DNA of 61,297 bases, counting the filler, from Gemmatimonadota bacterium (lineage in GTDB: Bacteria; 4572-55; J002): NCBI GenBank assembly GCA_003697105.1. It is 4 parts of 4 records of this genome, joined end to end, with 100 filler letters (N's around TTAATTAATTAA, not from the genome) between each part and the next. Parts side by side here need not be neighbours in the genome. Positions count along the whole stretch, not along the records: positions 49,865 to 61,297 come from RFFQ01000055.1; 3 more parts are not named here. One strand, 5' to 3'. Shown one piece after another: positions 60,485-61,297 of this stretch; position 1 is the stretch's first letter; every line of letters starts with the position of its first letter. The notes below the pieces were generated by a model that was not told the DNA's origin, did not search any database, and worked only from the letters and a program-made list of their open reading frames with translations. Position numbers and translations under genes: made by a program.

Positions 60485-61297
60485 ATGACCCAATCGGAGC
60501 AAAATCAGCTCGAAATGCTCAAAAAGCAACTTAAACAGACCCAACAAAAGCTCCGTGATGTAGAAAAGAAGTATCAACTTTTATCCGAAGCATCTTTTGA
60601 AGGGTTTTTGGTGCATGAACAAGGTGTCATTTTAGAGGCAAACCCGAATATTGCAGCTATGTTGAGGTGTGACCTCGAAGACCTCCCCGGCTTGAATTTA
60701 TTGCAAGATGTGGTACACCCCGATTCACTGGAAAAAGCCTTAACCCGCATCAAATCGGGTTCGGAAGAACCCTATGACCTGAAAGTGTTACGGCGCGATG
60801 GCACAACCTTTTTCGCCGAAGTGTGCGCGAAAAATATTGAACTGGAGGGGCGGTCTGTCCGGGTGCTGGCAGTGCGCGATATTACCGCCCGTAAAAAAAT
60901 GGAAGATGAACTCCGGCAAGCAAAAGCGAATCTGGAAAAAATGGTGGAAAAACGGACGGCACAACTCAAAGAACAACAGGATATTATGCTGGAACTTTCC
61001 ACACCTGTGATCCAAATTTGGGAAGGCATCCTGATTTTACCTTTGATTGGCACGATTGATAGCCGGCGGGCGGGGCAAATCATGCAAAATACCTTGGAGG
61101 CGATCTCTCATAAACGTGCTAAACAAGTCATCATTGATATCACCGGTGTGCCGTTTGTGGATACAGAAGTTGCGAATCACTTAATCAAAACCATTCAAGC
61201 GGCAAAATTGGTCGGGGCAAAATGCATTTTGGTCGGGATTTCCTCGGAAGTGGCGCAAACTCTCGTCCATATCGGTATTGATCTGGAACATCTGGAC
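60485..61297 (+). CDS. RsbR-like stressosome sensor: PAS + STAS; 3'-truncated by window edge, absent from ORF track
   Basis: ATG 60485 after GAGGT; coiled coil, PAS (LSEASFEG..EANP..VHPDS..RRDG..VRDITARK), then ELSTPVIQIW STAS; open to the end of the window. Confidence 0.9.
   Translation, partial: MTQSEQNQLEMLKKQLKQTQQKLRDVEKKYQLLSEASFEGFLVHEQGVILEANPNIAAMLRCDLEDLPGLNLLQDVVHPDSLEKALTRIKSGSEEPYDLKVLRRDGTTFFAEVCAKNIELEGRSVRVLAVRDITARKKMEDELRQAKANLEKMVEKRTAQLKEQQDIMLELSTPVIQIWEGILILPLIGTIDSRRAGQIMQNTLEAISHKRAKQVIIDITGVPFVDTEVANHLIKTIQAAKLVGAKCILVGISSEVAQTLVHIGIDLEHLD

Overview
Four assembled segments (1-18434, 18535-35491, 35592-49764, 49865-61297) are joined by three identical 100-bp N/TTAATTAATTAA spacers, so adjacency across those joins is not evidence. 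The content suggests a diderm, probably anaerobic bacterium of FCB-group character, inferred from four secreted proteins with T9SS/FlgD-type C-terminal domains. Segment 1 has the 3' end of a probable RAYT transposase with a GTAG-type palindrome, a GC-rich type I hsdR, saccharopine dehydrogenase, a GNAT protein, a STAS protein, a PEGA-FGE protein, an MCP, an M4/M36-type metallopeptidase and a >1800-aa acidic repeat protein. Segment 2 has an operon for a predicted di-heme-b membrane protein, a permuted TrxR-like/4Fe-4S flavoprotein, and 20- and 22-heme cytochromes, plus rodA, plsC, ino1, a ccoI-like ATPase and two PEP-synthase-like proteins. Segment 3 has fabL, DUF1573, rhodanese, MauE, lpdA and Omp85 genes, tRNA-Lys, an S8 protease, and a porin + octaheme HAO-like + NapC/NirT operon preceded by an FNR-type box. 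Segment 4 has hypE with an in-frame heptapeptide repeat tract, a GH18 chitinase, an atypical CAU tRNA-like gene, hppA, pncB-nrtR-pncA with an NrtR operator, and two RsbR-like STAS sensors. The best candidates for novelty are the NAD(P)H-to-multiheme transmembrane electron conduit, the aberrant tRNA-like RNA, the porin-HAO-NapC module and the dikinase-like pair. All calls come from reading motifs by eye; no database searches were run.
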